A stretch of DNA of 25,383 bases from Fimbriimonadales bacterium. GTDB taxonomy: Bacteria; Armatimonadota; Fimbriimonadia; Fimbriimonadales; ATM1. The notes under the pieces were generated by a model. That model was not told the DNA's origin. It did no database searches and was given only the letters and a program-made list of their open reading frames with translations. Positions within the stretch are counted from its first letter, which is position 1, and each line of letters opens with the position of its first letter. The stretch lies in contig JBPCLO010000033.1 of the NCBI GenBank assembly GCA_051003155.1, positions 1 through 25,383 on the forward strand, read 5' to 3'. A program made the translations under genes and the position numbers. Below are positions 1-8,371 of this stretch, piece after piece.

Positions 1-71
1 ACTATCGCCGTCCGCACCGAAGCTTGCAAGGACTAGCCCCTGCAAGCTTCATCGCCCAGCTTTCAATCACA

Positions 72-453
72 ATGCAGGAGGCGGCAGAACTAAAACTCTG
101 ACCTGGTCATTAAATGGGGACTAGCCAGTAACCCTACCGCTGAGGCTGTTGGCTTTGCGCTAACAGCCGACCGCGATGACATTAAGACTTTCTGCTGGGA
201 ATGGTTCGACTTCGGCGGCCCTAACCGCGCCATGAAACTCCAGGAATCTGGCGAGCTGGGGATTGTGATGGCGAATTCGGGCGGCGCCTCGGAGATGATT
301 CGGACGGAGTTCCTTACCGACATTTCCATCCGCGTCGCTCGCTTTCCGAAAGACCTCGTCGAGATGTATATCGCCGACTGGAGGGTGCGAATAGCAAAGG
401 GTTCCGTAGTCACCTGGCCCTCGCTGATTAACGGCAAGGTGCTGGCTAACTAG
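72..453 (+). CDS. Hypothetical protein, probably longer than the tracked 232..453 ORF; possible frameshift in the A4 run at 92-95
   Basis: The frame of 232..453 is open from 94 (NSDLVIKWGLASNPTAEAVGFALTADRDDIKTFCWEWFDFGGPNRAMKLQESGELG...). ATG at 72 (MQEAAEL) joins it if one A is removed from 92-95; CTG at 103 is an alternative start. No family recognised. Confidence 0.45.
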
Positions 454-681
454 CTTGGGGCGTGGCACCCAGGGGTCCGGTATCAAAGCCGTAGGCGAAA
501 GCCCGCAACCTCGGGGATCGCTGATTTGCCACCCTGATTCCTTTCGGGGGTCAGCCATCTACAGGAGGCAACGGATGTTCCACGGTCGGGCCCGAATCCC
601 TGACTAGGCGTCGCATGAGCCCTCTGTGGAGCACCTTGTGTAGAGTGGGCATTTAAAGGCGTGGGCTCCTAAGTATCTGAC

Positions 682-1668
682 CTATTCATCTGCGAAGGGA
701 TCAAATTCGGGAACGGCAACAGCAGCCTCTTCGCCGCCAATTGCAGCACGGCCATCAGGGCAAAGCTCCCGAAATTTGCAGAAGAAGCAGCGAGAGTACT
801 CGGGCTCCGGCGGAAAGTCCTCCTCTCTGGCACAATACTCCGGCCCACCATCTTCGCTTTTTCTCGTTGTCACCAATGCGTATTGTTCTGCCGACTCGGT
901 GGCAATGGTCTGGCGTGCGGCTTCGATGGCCTCCGCCGTCACGATGCTCGGATTCCATCTGCTTATGTGCTGCAACCAGACTGCTTGCACATAGATCCGC
1001 TCAAGCGGATACTGCAAGTGTTCATGGCCGTACAATGCGTAAACGCTTAACTGCTGCCGAGCTTTCTCTACACTCTGTTCGGTCGGCCGAGCGGTCTTCC
1101 AATCAATAATATAGAGGCAGTCGTCAAGCTCGAAGTAAATATCATAGTTGGCATATACGACAAGCTCGCCGAGCAGAAAATGCGGTGGATAGTCGGTAGG
1201 CTTCTTTATCTTTCCCCACCGGTCCGGCTTTGCCTTGATCAGGTGATCGACAACTTCGGATACCTCAAAGTTATAGAGGCAATCTTGGACTAACTGTTCG
1301 CAGTAGGCTAGTTTGTCCTTGGGGAGTAGATAGCCGTAATAGTCGCTGTGCAAGGGCTGGCTTTGCCTTGGTGGTTTCCTCCCGGCTTTCATCCCGGCAA
1401 CGATTCGCCCGCTTGCTGCAACAACTCTTTTGAAAGCTTGGATGCCGCGCTCGGCTAGATCTTCCGGCAGTTCGCCGTGCTCTATGAAGTTCTCCAATGC
1501 TCCGTTGATGCTCCAATCAACGACCTGGCCAGCGATAAGCTCAGGGGCGGAAAGATTCTTGAGCATGTATGCGGCGGCGTCGTACTGCTCGTATTTTGGA
1601 AAGTATTCGTAAAAGAATTGACGGCGGCACGTGTTGTACGCGTACGAGCGTGTGTAACTCCACGACAT
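682..1668 (-). CDS. PD-(D/E)XK nuclease family protein (RecB/AddB/Cas4-like, probable Fe-S staple)
   Basis: N-terminal SWSYTR..YNTCRRQFFYEY; catalytic YDIY...IIDWKT; QxxxY motif (QQLSVYA); C-terminal CFFCKFRELC. GGAGG precedes ATG at 1668. Confidence 0.85.
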   Translation of the reverse strand: MSWSYTRSYAYNTCRRQFFYEYFPKYEQYDAAAYMLKNLSAPELIAGQVVDWSINGALENFIEHGELPEDLAERGIQAFKRVVAASGRIVAGMKAGRKPPRQSQPLHSDYYGYLLPKDKLAYCEQLVQDCLYNFEVSEVVDHLIKAKPDRWGKIKKPTDYPPHFLLGELVVYANYDIYFELDDCLYIIDWKTARPTEQSVEKARQQLSVYALYGHEHLQYPLERIYVQAVWLQHISRWNPSIVTAEAIEAARQTIATESAEQYALVTTRKSEDGGPEYCAREEDFPPEPEYSRCFFCKFRELCPDGRAAIGGEEAAVAVPEFDPFADE

Positions 1669-1866
1669 GTACCTCCCGCACCCCATTAGCTATGACCGTC
1701 CAACCGGATAAATTCTACTTGAGTTCTCCCTTGCGATAGCTCACTGAGTACAGGTGGTGCCGCTCCCTGCCATTTCTCCCTCCAGTCGGCGTATACGGGC
1801 TACCGCCAGGCGTCGCTGCACGCGCGTGGCAACTGGTGTGCGCGGGAGGGCCGGCCGGCAGACCGT

Positions 1867-2292
1867 TTAGTTCTCGCTCCTTTGCTCAACCTGCCTTCGT
1901 GAGAGGACGATCCACGCGACGCAGGCTAGTGCGATGCCGACGCTGTCTATCATAACATCTGTGATCAGACCGCCGCGGTCGGGCACGAAGGCCTGGTGGA
2001 GCTCGTCGAGGGTGGCAAAACCGAGCGCGATCACTGCGGAAGCCATGATTCTCCCTGCAGAGGCCCGCAGGACCAACCAGGTGAGGAGTGCGAATTCCAG
2101 GACGTGGAATCCCTTGACGAACAGCCACCACCACGATGCCCAAAACCGCATGAATCCTTCCTCGGACACCGGAACAGGAGAGCTGCTAGCGACACTCCGG
2201 ATGAGCTGCTTGCTGTGGACAACGGTGGACGACATGGCGGTGATCAAGGTCATGCACACGATCGGGGGCGACCATCGGCGCCATGGGCTCAC
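1867..2292 (-). CDS. VanZ family membrane protein
   Basis: Motifs KGFHVLEFALL, DELHQAFVPDRGG and DVMIDSVG, with hydrophobic helices. Confidence 0.9.
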   Translation of the reverse strand: MSPWRRWSPPIVCMTLITAMSSTVVHSKQLIRSVASSSPVPVSEEGFMRFWASWWWLFVKGFHVLEFALLTWLVLRASAGRIMASAVIALGFATLDELHQAFVPDRGGLITDVMIDSVGIALACVAWIVLSRRQVEQRSEN

Positions 2293-2476
2293 CTCGCCAT
2301 TTTATCCCCTACCCCCGGAACCCTATCTGGGTCCGGTGAACCAGACGACCTGGTCTACAGACGCGGCCCAGTTCAGATTGAGCAGGCCTCGATCATACCA
2401 ACCGATGTTCACCACCGAAGGGATGGGGGTGGACTCGGCGCGGAGCGCCGAAAGAAAAGCCAAGGAACACTCACGC

Positions 2477-2986
2477 CTAGCGTCGAGCAAGAGCAGATAC
2501 TAGACCGGCAAGAATTCTCTCCAAGCCGCTTAGAGCGAAGATCACGATCCCAACCCAAGCGACCAAGGGGAAGAACACCATCATGTAGGTAACCGCCGCG
2601 GCTACCCACACGCCGACGCAAGACGAGCAGTACAGCAAGGCTCCGATCGTGTGCTGGAGCCCGCGCTTCTTGGGCGTCTCCTCGATTCTGCCCCCTTCCT
2701 TGGCTTCCTGCTCCACGAAGGGCGCGCGAATGGCCCGCGTTACCGGCTCGTCGGCAACAATGTTCGCAATCCGGAAGACGGCCAAACCCCAGAGGAGCAC
2801 GTTGAACGGGCTGATGTGTTGCTCCAGTTGCGCCAGCTCTCGGTACCAAGTCCAGCAGATAAGCCCGTTTATAATGAGAAACAGGCCAAACGGAACCAGG
2901 TTCAAAGTCGCTGTCTTCTTCGATATGGAAGAGTTGGAATCGATATCTTGCTGCACTGTATCTTTGTCCCTCGGGAATCTTTTCAA
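2477..2986 (-). CDS. DUF1360-like membrane protein
   Basis: LAVFRIANIVADEPVTRAIRAPF and GALLYCSSCVGVWVA match the CxxC-GxW pattern of DUF1360. Start uncertain. Confidence 0.75.
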   Translation of the reverse strand: MKRFPRDKDTVQQDIDSNSSISKKTATLNLVPFGLFLIINGLICWTWYRELAQLEQHISPFNVLLWGLAVFRIANIVADEPVTRAIRAPFVEQEAKEGGRIEETPKKRGLQHTIGALLYCSSCVGVWVAAAVTYMMVFFPLVAWVGIVIFALSGLERILAGLVSALARR

Positions 2987-3116
2987 AGATCAGACTTCGC
3001 GGCGACAGCTTCCCTCGCCACCTCGACCAACCCTGTTTGCACAGTTTAGCGTCGAATCCTTTCGTTTAGTTAGTGGTTCCACCCGCTACGCGCCCATCGG
3101 CCACAATATAGGTTGC

Positions 3117-3848
3117 ATGCGAGCGACTACGACGGGCATGGAGCTAGAGGTAGATCGACTGGCTTCCGAGCTGCCGAAAATTCTCGGCGATAACCTCGTT
3201 TCGCTGGTACTCTATGGGAGCGCGGCCAGAGGCGATGCCGATCCCGAAACATCGGATATCAACCTCATGATCGTGCTCGAAGCGACGACGCCTGCCGCCC
3301 ACAAGGCGATCCGGGAGGTCTTGGCGGGGCCGGTGCGGGTGGAACCCTTGGTTGTCCAGAAAAGTGGTTTCGATCGTGCTCAGATCGCTTTCGCCCTCAA
3401 GTTTTTGAGCATAAGGCGCAACTTTCGAGTGCTGCACGGGGCCAACCTCCTTGACCTGCCCGAAGTCTCGACCGGTCTCATGCGCTTTTTGTCCGAACAG
3501 GAAATTCGCAATTTTCGGATGCGTCTGACGAATGTCTATGTGGCATGCGGCAATCGCCCGCAAAGATATGCAGCTTATTTGCGTCGGACCTCGACGAGCG
3601 CGTTCGTTGTGCTTTCCGATGTGTTGCGCACCGACGGCCACGACCTGCCAGATGAATTAGCGGCCCGGCTATCGGTTTTTGACGAAGCGTTTGGAGCCGA
3701 CTCTTGGGCGCTTCGCAGGCTGTTGGAGTTGAAGAACAAACCCTCGCAGATAGCGGCAGAGGCGGACGACTTGCACGCCGGCCTCGTTTCGGTGTTGGCT
3801 GCCGCGATAGCCTGGTTAGAGGAAAGATGGCCCGAACCACGACTCTGA
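3117..3848 (+). CDS. Nucleotidyltransferase domain protein (Pol-beta superfamily)
   Basis: LVSLVLYGSAARGD...SDINLMIV signature followed by a helical C-terminal domain. Start at ATG 3117 or 3138; the upstream part of the tracked ORF is antisense to DUF1360. Confidence 0.85.
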   Translation: MRATTTGMELEVDRLASELPKILGDNLVSLVLYGSAARGDADPETSDINLMIVLEATTPAAHKAIREVLAGPVRVEPLVVQKSGFDRAQIAFALKFLSIRRNFRVLHGANLLDLPEVSTGLMRFLSEQEIRNFRMRLTNVYVACGNRPQRYAAYLRRTSTSAFVVLSDVLRTDGHDLPDELAARLSVFDEAFGADSWALRRLLELKNKPSQIAAEADDLHAGLVSVLAAAIAWLEERWPEPRL

Positions 3849-4469
3849 CAGGGCAAGTTCGATGTCCAGTCTGCTTGTTTCCCATCGATCGCGAACCCTA
3901 CTGGCGTCAAAATGACCTCACCGTGTGCAAGAAGTGCGGCAGGACTTTCAAAGTCAGTGAGGCGCTGCCGTTTAGGACTCCGCAACAGCAGCCTGCTGTC
4001 GGGCCGCCCACAATTGTTTCTGGCGCATCCGGGGCCGCGCTCTCGACCGCAGCGATCGTTCTTGCATTCGGCGTAATCGCCACGACCCTGTTCGGGGCCA
4101 GCGTCGACGGGGCCGACGTACCTCTGGCTGTATATTGGATTTGGGATTGTCGTTACGGCGTGGCAGGCGCTAATTCGGGCGACTGTCGCGGATGGCGACG
4201 CCTTCCGTTACATGGCGGCGGCCATTATAGTCTGTACTGGCGTCACGCGCATAATTACTGGTTACTTCTTCTTCGACATGCACAAGTTCGCATTATTGGT
4301 CATTATGATGACGATCGGAGTTGCCATCCAATTTGTGCGCAACGTCGACTTGACCGCAAGCCGAAGGGACGGCTCGAGTTCTTGGTCTTCAAGCTGCGGT
4401 TCGGGAGGCTGCGGCGGGGGAGGTGGCTGCGGTGGAGGCGGAGGTTGTGGAGGATGCGGCGGTGGATAA
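3827..4469 (+). CDS. Zn-ribbon + TIGR04222-like membrane protein with Gly/Cys-rich C-terminal tail (candidate MNIO substrate); one extra base in G4 at 4109-4112
   Basis: CPVC...CKKC at the N-terminus. Removing one G at 4109-4112 gives VDGPTYLWLYIGFGIVV...TRIITGY...LLVIMM, ending SSSCGSGGCGGGGGCGGGGGCGGCGGG-stop (213 aa repaired). Confidence 0.75.
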
Positions 4470-5265
4470 GGTAAGGATCGGTCTCGGCTGGAGAGCCGAA
4501 CTTTCCAATTGGCTAGATGCAAACCCCGATGCCATCGACTGTTTGGAGGTCACAGCCGAGCATTTTTTTGATGAGGGTGGAAACCTGTTGGGTGAGATCT
4601 CCTCTCGTTACGCAACGTTCGTGCATGGGCTCGGACTGTCCCTCGGAACTCCCGGCGCTCTCGACGAAGCTACCCTGCAGCGCTTCGAGCAGGTCGCCCG
4701 AACCGCGAACCCGCTATGGGTGAGTGAACACATTTCGTATACCCGCTTTGACGGCACGGATCTTGGACACTTGAATCCGGTGCCCCGCAGCGGCGAGATG
4801 GTGCAAGTCATCGCTGATCATGCCGCAGAGGTGGCCGCACGCTGCAAAAAGCCGATCATCCTCGAGAACATAACGTCTCACCTCGATCCAGGTGGCGAGC
4901 TAAGCGACACCGAGTTTTTGAGCGCGATTTGTGAACGAGCGGGCTGCGGCCTGCTGATCGATGTAACCAATTTGTTCATCAACGCGAAGAACCATAAATT
5001 CGACCCATATGACTGGATACGCAGAATTGACCCGTCGCACATTGTGCAGCTTCATATCGTGGGATACAGCCTAAGCGATGGGGTTTATGAAGACCACCAC
5101 AGCGCACTTATTCAGGACGACTTGATGGACCTTCTTTCGGCGACACTCGACCACGCTTCCGTTCGAGCGATCATCCTGGAGCGCGACGAGGATTTGCAGA
5201 AGGCCAACGAGATCGAATCGGAGCTTATCAGACTTAGGCAGGCAGCGGGTGCAACCCATGTCTGA
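4462..5265 (+). CDS. DUF692 family multinuclear non-heme iron-dependent oxidative enzyme (MNIO)
   Basis: IGLGWR, EVTAEHF, HGLGLSLG, WVSEH, LENI, DVTN, LHIVG, DHH, LERD metal-ligand motifs. GTG at 4462 with GGAGG upstream overlaps the previous stop. Confidence 0.93.
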   Translation: MDKVRIGLGWRAELSNWLDANPDAIDCLEVTAEHFFDEGGNLLGEISSRYATFVHGLGLSLGTPGALDEATLQRFEQVARTANPLWVSEHISYTRFDGTDLGHLNPVPRSGEMVQVIADHAAEVAARCKKPIILENITSHLDPGGELSDTEFLSAICERAGCGLLIDVTNLFINAKNHKFDPYDWIRRIDPSHIVQLHIVGYSLSDGVYEDHHSALIQDDLMDLLSATLDHASVRAIILERDEDLQKANEIESELIRLRQAAGATHV

Positions 5266-5749
5266 ACGGGCGCTTAAACTGCAGACGATGCTCCTTCAGA
5301 GCCGGACACTTCGGGAGGAATACGCCAAAGATACCGCGCTGTTTTGTGAATCGCGGGGTCTGGGAAGGCTGCCCAATCTTGATATCGAGGAACTGGGCCG
5401 ACAAGGCGACGCCCTCATTGCCAAACGATACCATGAGCTTGGCAAGCTTGCGCCGATGACCCTACGAAGCCTTGGGCCGCGGTCAGCAGATTGTTTCGCT
5501 GCGTTCGCAGAGCAGTCTTGGCCGACGGGCGTCCGACGGCATCTCGACGATGCTTGCGAGTTTAGCGACTACTTGCGTTCGATTGGGCTTCGCGTTAACG
5601 CCGTGGAGTCCTCATTACTGGCCTTTCGGCGCAGGTCGAAACGGATCGCTCTGGCTATTCCGGCGATGCTCAGCGTGCAAGTAATGTGGCGGACGAGCAA
5701 GCGCGTTCGCTGCAGGCTTTTCCGGATCGGACGCGCGGACTGGCGTTGA
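5258..5749 (+). CDS. Putative MNIO partner protein (DUF2063/RRE-like by position)
   Basis: ATG overlaps the DUF692 stop (ATGTCTGA). The QGDALIAKR...LAPMT..SLG..FAAFAE...DACEF pattern resembles proteins that follow DUF692. Confidence 0.65.
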   Translation: MSERALKLQTMLLQSRTLREEYAKDTALFCESRGLGRLPNLDIEELGRQGDALIAKRYHELGKLAPMTLRSLGPRSADCFAAFAEQSWPTGVRRHLDDACEFSDYLRSIGLRVNAVESSLLAFRRRSKRIALAIPAMLSVQVMWRTSKRVRCRLFRIGRADWR

Positions 5750-5771
5750 CCCTTTATGAACGTTTGTCCAT

Positions 5772-6731
5772 TCAAAGCTGAAACTCGGCCACCGTCATCT
5801 GGTGGTCGGAAAACCGGGTTCTCTTGGCGCAGACATTCGCTGCCTTGAAGTGCGACGACGCCCAGATTTGGTCGATCCTGACCATCGGGTAATCGTTGAC
5901 CGCAGTCGCGCCCCAGCCTCGACCTGCTTCCAGAAATGCGTCGTGGCAGATGGGGTCGAGGCTCGAGGTGACCGTCCGATCCGGCGGCGTGTTAAAGTCA
6001 CCACCCAGAATGACCGGGCCGCGTTTGCTCTCCCTTGCGACGAAGCGGGCGACCGCGGCCAGCTCTTTCTTTCGATCGGCCTTGTTCTGCGCATAGGCCG
6101 TCCAGCACTCCGGATTCCAGTAGTCGAGCCGGAAGACCGGGGGCATCAACCGAAGCGAAACAATGAGCACCGGATCGCGGCGAGCAGGAATGTCAGCCCA
6201 AGCCGCGATGAAGTCGGTCGTAAATGGGGGCAGCTCCACGGGACGAAGCCGACCACGGACGAGGATGCTCGCATCAATCCCTCTCAAGAGCGACCAATCG
6301 GGCCCTAACTCTGCCCGAATACTCTCAAGATCAGACGGTCCCGGCGATTCTTGGAAAAGCACGATATCCGGCTTCTGGGCGGCCACTTCCCTCGCCGCCT
6401 CGAGCTGGCCCCCGGCACAGTTCTGGGAGACGACGCGCAGCAGTCGGCTCTTCGGGCCTGAGACCAGCCCCCGAACAATGGCAACAGGTTCATCTCCGGC
6501 AACGGCCCAAGCGACGACCCAGGCGAACACGGCGGCAAGTCGCAACCCAACTCGGTCTCTCCTCAGCCTGAAGAGCAATGGCAACACACCAAGGCCTGCG
6601 AACACCCAGAAGGGCCAGATCGTCAATGCCGCGAGAAAGTCCGGCTTGAGGATATAGGCTGTGGTCCAAAGCAGGCAAACGGCCGTTGCGATCGCCGGTA
6701 TCCTATCTCTTCGCTTAAGCGGCTGTTCCAC
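5772..6731 (-). CDS. Endonuclease/exonuclease/phosphatase (EEP) family membrane-anchored protein
   Basis: N-terminal transmembrane helices, then VSQN, DIVLFQE, ILGGDFN, RIDQIW, SDH. GTG 6731 chosen as start because the longer tracked ORF overlaps the upstream gene. Confidence 0.88.
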   Translation of the reverse strand: MEQPLKRRDRIPAIATAVCLLWTTAYILKPDFLAALTIWPFWVFAGLGVLPLLFRLRRDRVGLRLAAVFAWVVAWAVAGDEPVAIVRGLVSGPKSRLLRVVSQNCAGGQLEAAREVAAQKPDIVLFQESPGPSDLESIRAELGPDWSLLRGIDASILVRGRLRPVELPPFTTDFIAAWADIPARRDPVLIVSLRLMPPVFRLDYWNPECWTAYAQNKADRKKELAAVARFVARESKRGPVILGGDFNTPPDRTVTSSLDPICHDAFLEAGRGWGATAVNDYPMVRIDQIWASSHFKAANVCAKRTRFSDHQMTVAEFQL

Positions 6732-6759
6732 CTGAGAAGCTCGAATCGGGGCGTAGCGG

Positions 6760-7587
6760 CTAGTTCCTGGATTCGCTGAGCGCCTTGGTGATCTGATCTG
6801 AGGACGGGACCCCGCCCGGGTAGAGGCGTCAACCGGGGGCGTCGGCACCCGCCTTGGGCTCCGACATTCCGAAGATGTCCTTGCCGCCTCGGAGCAGGGT
6901 GGGCGTAGGATAGCCACGGCGAGGGTCGCTCATCGGCAGCACGTCCAGGTCGAGGACATCATAGCTCCCGCCTTCCAGCTTCTTGAGAGCCGCGTCGAGG
7001 TTCTTCCGCATTTCCGAGGTGCCGGTGCAACCCCCGCGAGTGAGCAGTGCGAGTCGGCTCCGCCCCATAGCCATCAGCTCCTTCTTCACCGCCTCTCGGA
7101 ACTTGTCGGGATCGAGGCAGCGCTCGTCGGAACCGAGTTGGTGCATCCAGTAGGCGGGCTTGGGCGGTGCTTCGCCCCACACCGCGTCGGGGCCGTAGAC
7201 GAAATAGACGTCCCAGGCGAGGGTCTTGGCCTCGGGCAGTTCGACGACCTTGCCATAGGCCCGGCCGAGCTTCAGGCCGCCATCCCAATAAGAGGAGATG
7301 CCGGCCCTCTTCATCTTCTTCGCGCTTTCCTCGGCGGGCGCCTTCTTGTCGCCGAGGACCATTGGAATGAAGACGGAGAAGGTGGCGAGGCGCTTATCCT
7401 TGAGCTTGAGATGCACTTGATCGCGGATCACGTCCGCGCCATGGACGCACGCTCCTCACGTCGGCGAGACGAGCATAACGACTCTGACTTTGCCCTTGGC
7501 CTTGTTGAAGTCTTCGACAAGCCTGTCGCTGCTTGGAAGCTCGGCAAGCGGGGCAGGCAGCGTCATGGCAATTAGGAACGGGCTCAT
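6760..7587 (-). CDS. Candidate selenoprotein with two Sec (U44, U253): UxxC thioredoxin-like domain fused to a MerB-associated/DUF2703-like thioredoxin domain
   Basis: Single frame from ATG 7587 to TAG 6760-6762, interrupted only by TGA at 7456-7458 (FNKAKGKVRVVMLVSPT-U-GACVHGA) and TGA at 6829-6831 (GC...YPTPTLLRGGKDIFG...PG-U-RLYPGGVP). Each TGA is followed by a hairpin. Confidence 0.8.
6802..6817 (-). promoter_or_regulatory. SECIS-like hairpin for the second UGA
   Basis: mRNA reads UGA + 11 nt (CGCCUCUACCC) + GGGCGG-GGUC-CCGUCC: 6-bp stem with a G/GU-containing apical loop. Confidence 0.65.
7425..7455 (-). promoter_or_regulatory. SECIS-like hairpin for the first UGA
   Basis: mRNA reads UGA-GGAGCGU-GCGUCC-AUGGCGC-GGACGU-GAUCC: GCGUCC/GGACGU stem, outer GGA/UCC pairing, GG in the loop about 16 nt after UGA. 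Confidence 0.6.
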
Positions 7588-7603
7588 AAGGGGAGTATGA
7601 CTC

Positions 7604-8371
7604 CTAGCCGTATGTCGGCCGTTGCGGCCAGCCGGGCGGAGAGTCTTCGAAGTCTTCCTGTCGACCGTAAGGGGTTGTGTCGAGCAGACGGTAGGCGTCG
7701 GTCAGGCTCTCGACACCTCGCGCGTAGCAGGAATACGCATGGAACAGGTTGTCGCCGTCGCGAAAGAAGACGCTGAGGCCGTGCTCCTCGCCTTTCAAAA
7801 CGGGATCGCCGCCGTTTTTCTGCATCTCCGCCTTGGTCTTGTAGTTGTACTCGACCGGTGCAGCGCTCTCGTCCTGCGTGACATGGAAGTCGTAGTTGAA
7901 GTCGCTCCCGAGAGAAGAGAACCACGGACGGTCCCAGCCCTTCTTCGCTTTATACGCCTGCAGCTTCTCGAGTCGCGCTCGCGAGATAAGGACAAAGGCC
8001 GTTTCGCGATCGCTCAGCATCGACAGGTCGCCGAGTGCGTCCACGAAGCCCGTGCAGCCTGGGCAGCCTTCGTCCCATTCCGGATCGAACATGAAGTGGT
8101 AAACGATCAGCTGCCGGCGGCCTACGAATAAATCCAACAGGCTCTTCTTTCCCTCCGGGCCGTCGAACGCATATTCCTTCTCGACTTTCACCATCGGCAG
8201 CCTACGCCGGTCAGCGTTCACGCGGTCACACTGCTTGGTCAGTTCTTTCTCGCGCTCGAGCAGCTTCTTTCGCTCGGCGAGCCACTCGTTTCGAGAGACG
8301 ATTCTCGGTTTGGCGGTCGCGTTTGTATTTGCGTGAGACGTCTTTATCTCGTCACCATCCTTGTTCTTCAC
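7604..8371 (-). CDS. DUF899 family thioredoxin-like protein
   Basis: [68 protein letters not shown]. Confidence 0.93.
   Translation of the reverse strand: MKNKDGDEIKTSHANTNATAKPRIVSRNEWLAERKKLLEREKELTKQCDRVNADRRRLPMVKVEKEYAFDGPEGKKSLLDLFVGRRQLIVYHFMFDPEWDEGCPGCTGFVDALGDLSMLSDRETAFVLISRARLEKLQAYKAKKGWDRPWFSSLGSDFNYDFHVTQDESAAPVEYNYKTKAEMQKNGGDPVLKGEEHGLSVFFRDGDNLFHAYSCYARGVESLTDAYRLLDTTPYGRQEDFEDSPPGWPQRPTYG

Noticed and set aside
488..520. Resemblance to group II intron domain V or a c-di-GMP riboswitch (AGCCGTAGGCGAAAGCC)
   Set aside because: The 3' pairing and conserved bulge or GACGCAAAG motif do not match, and no reverse transcriptase is nearby.
682..1668. CRISPR-associated cas4 call
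   Set aside because: No repeat-spacer array or other cas genes in the window.
4395..4466. GGC/GGA/GGT-rich repeat-like stretch
   Set aside because: It encodes the Gly/Cys tail with varied synonymous codons, so it is not a DNA repeat or CRISPR array.
3704..4474. Tracked 256-aa ORF with Arg/Trp-rich end
   Set aside because: The part after 4112 is an off-frame reading of the Gly/Cys-tail gene, and the part before 3827 overlaps the NTase.
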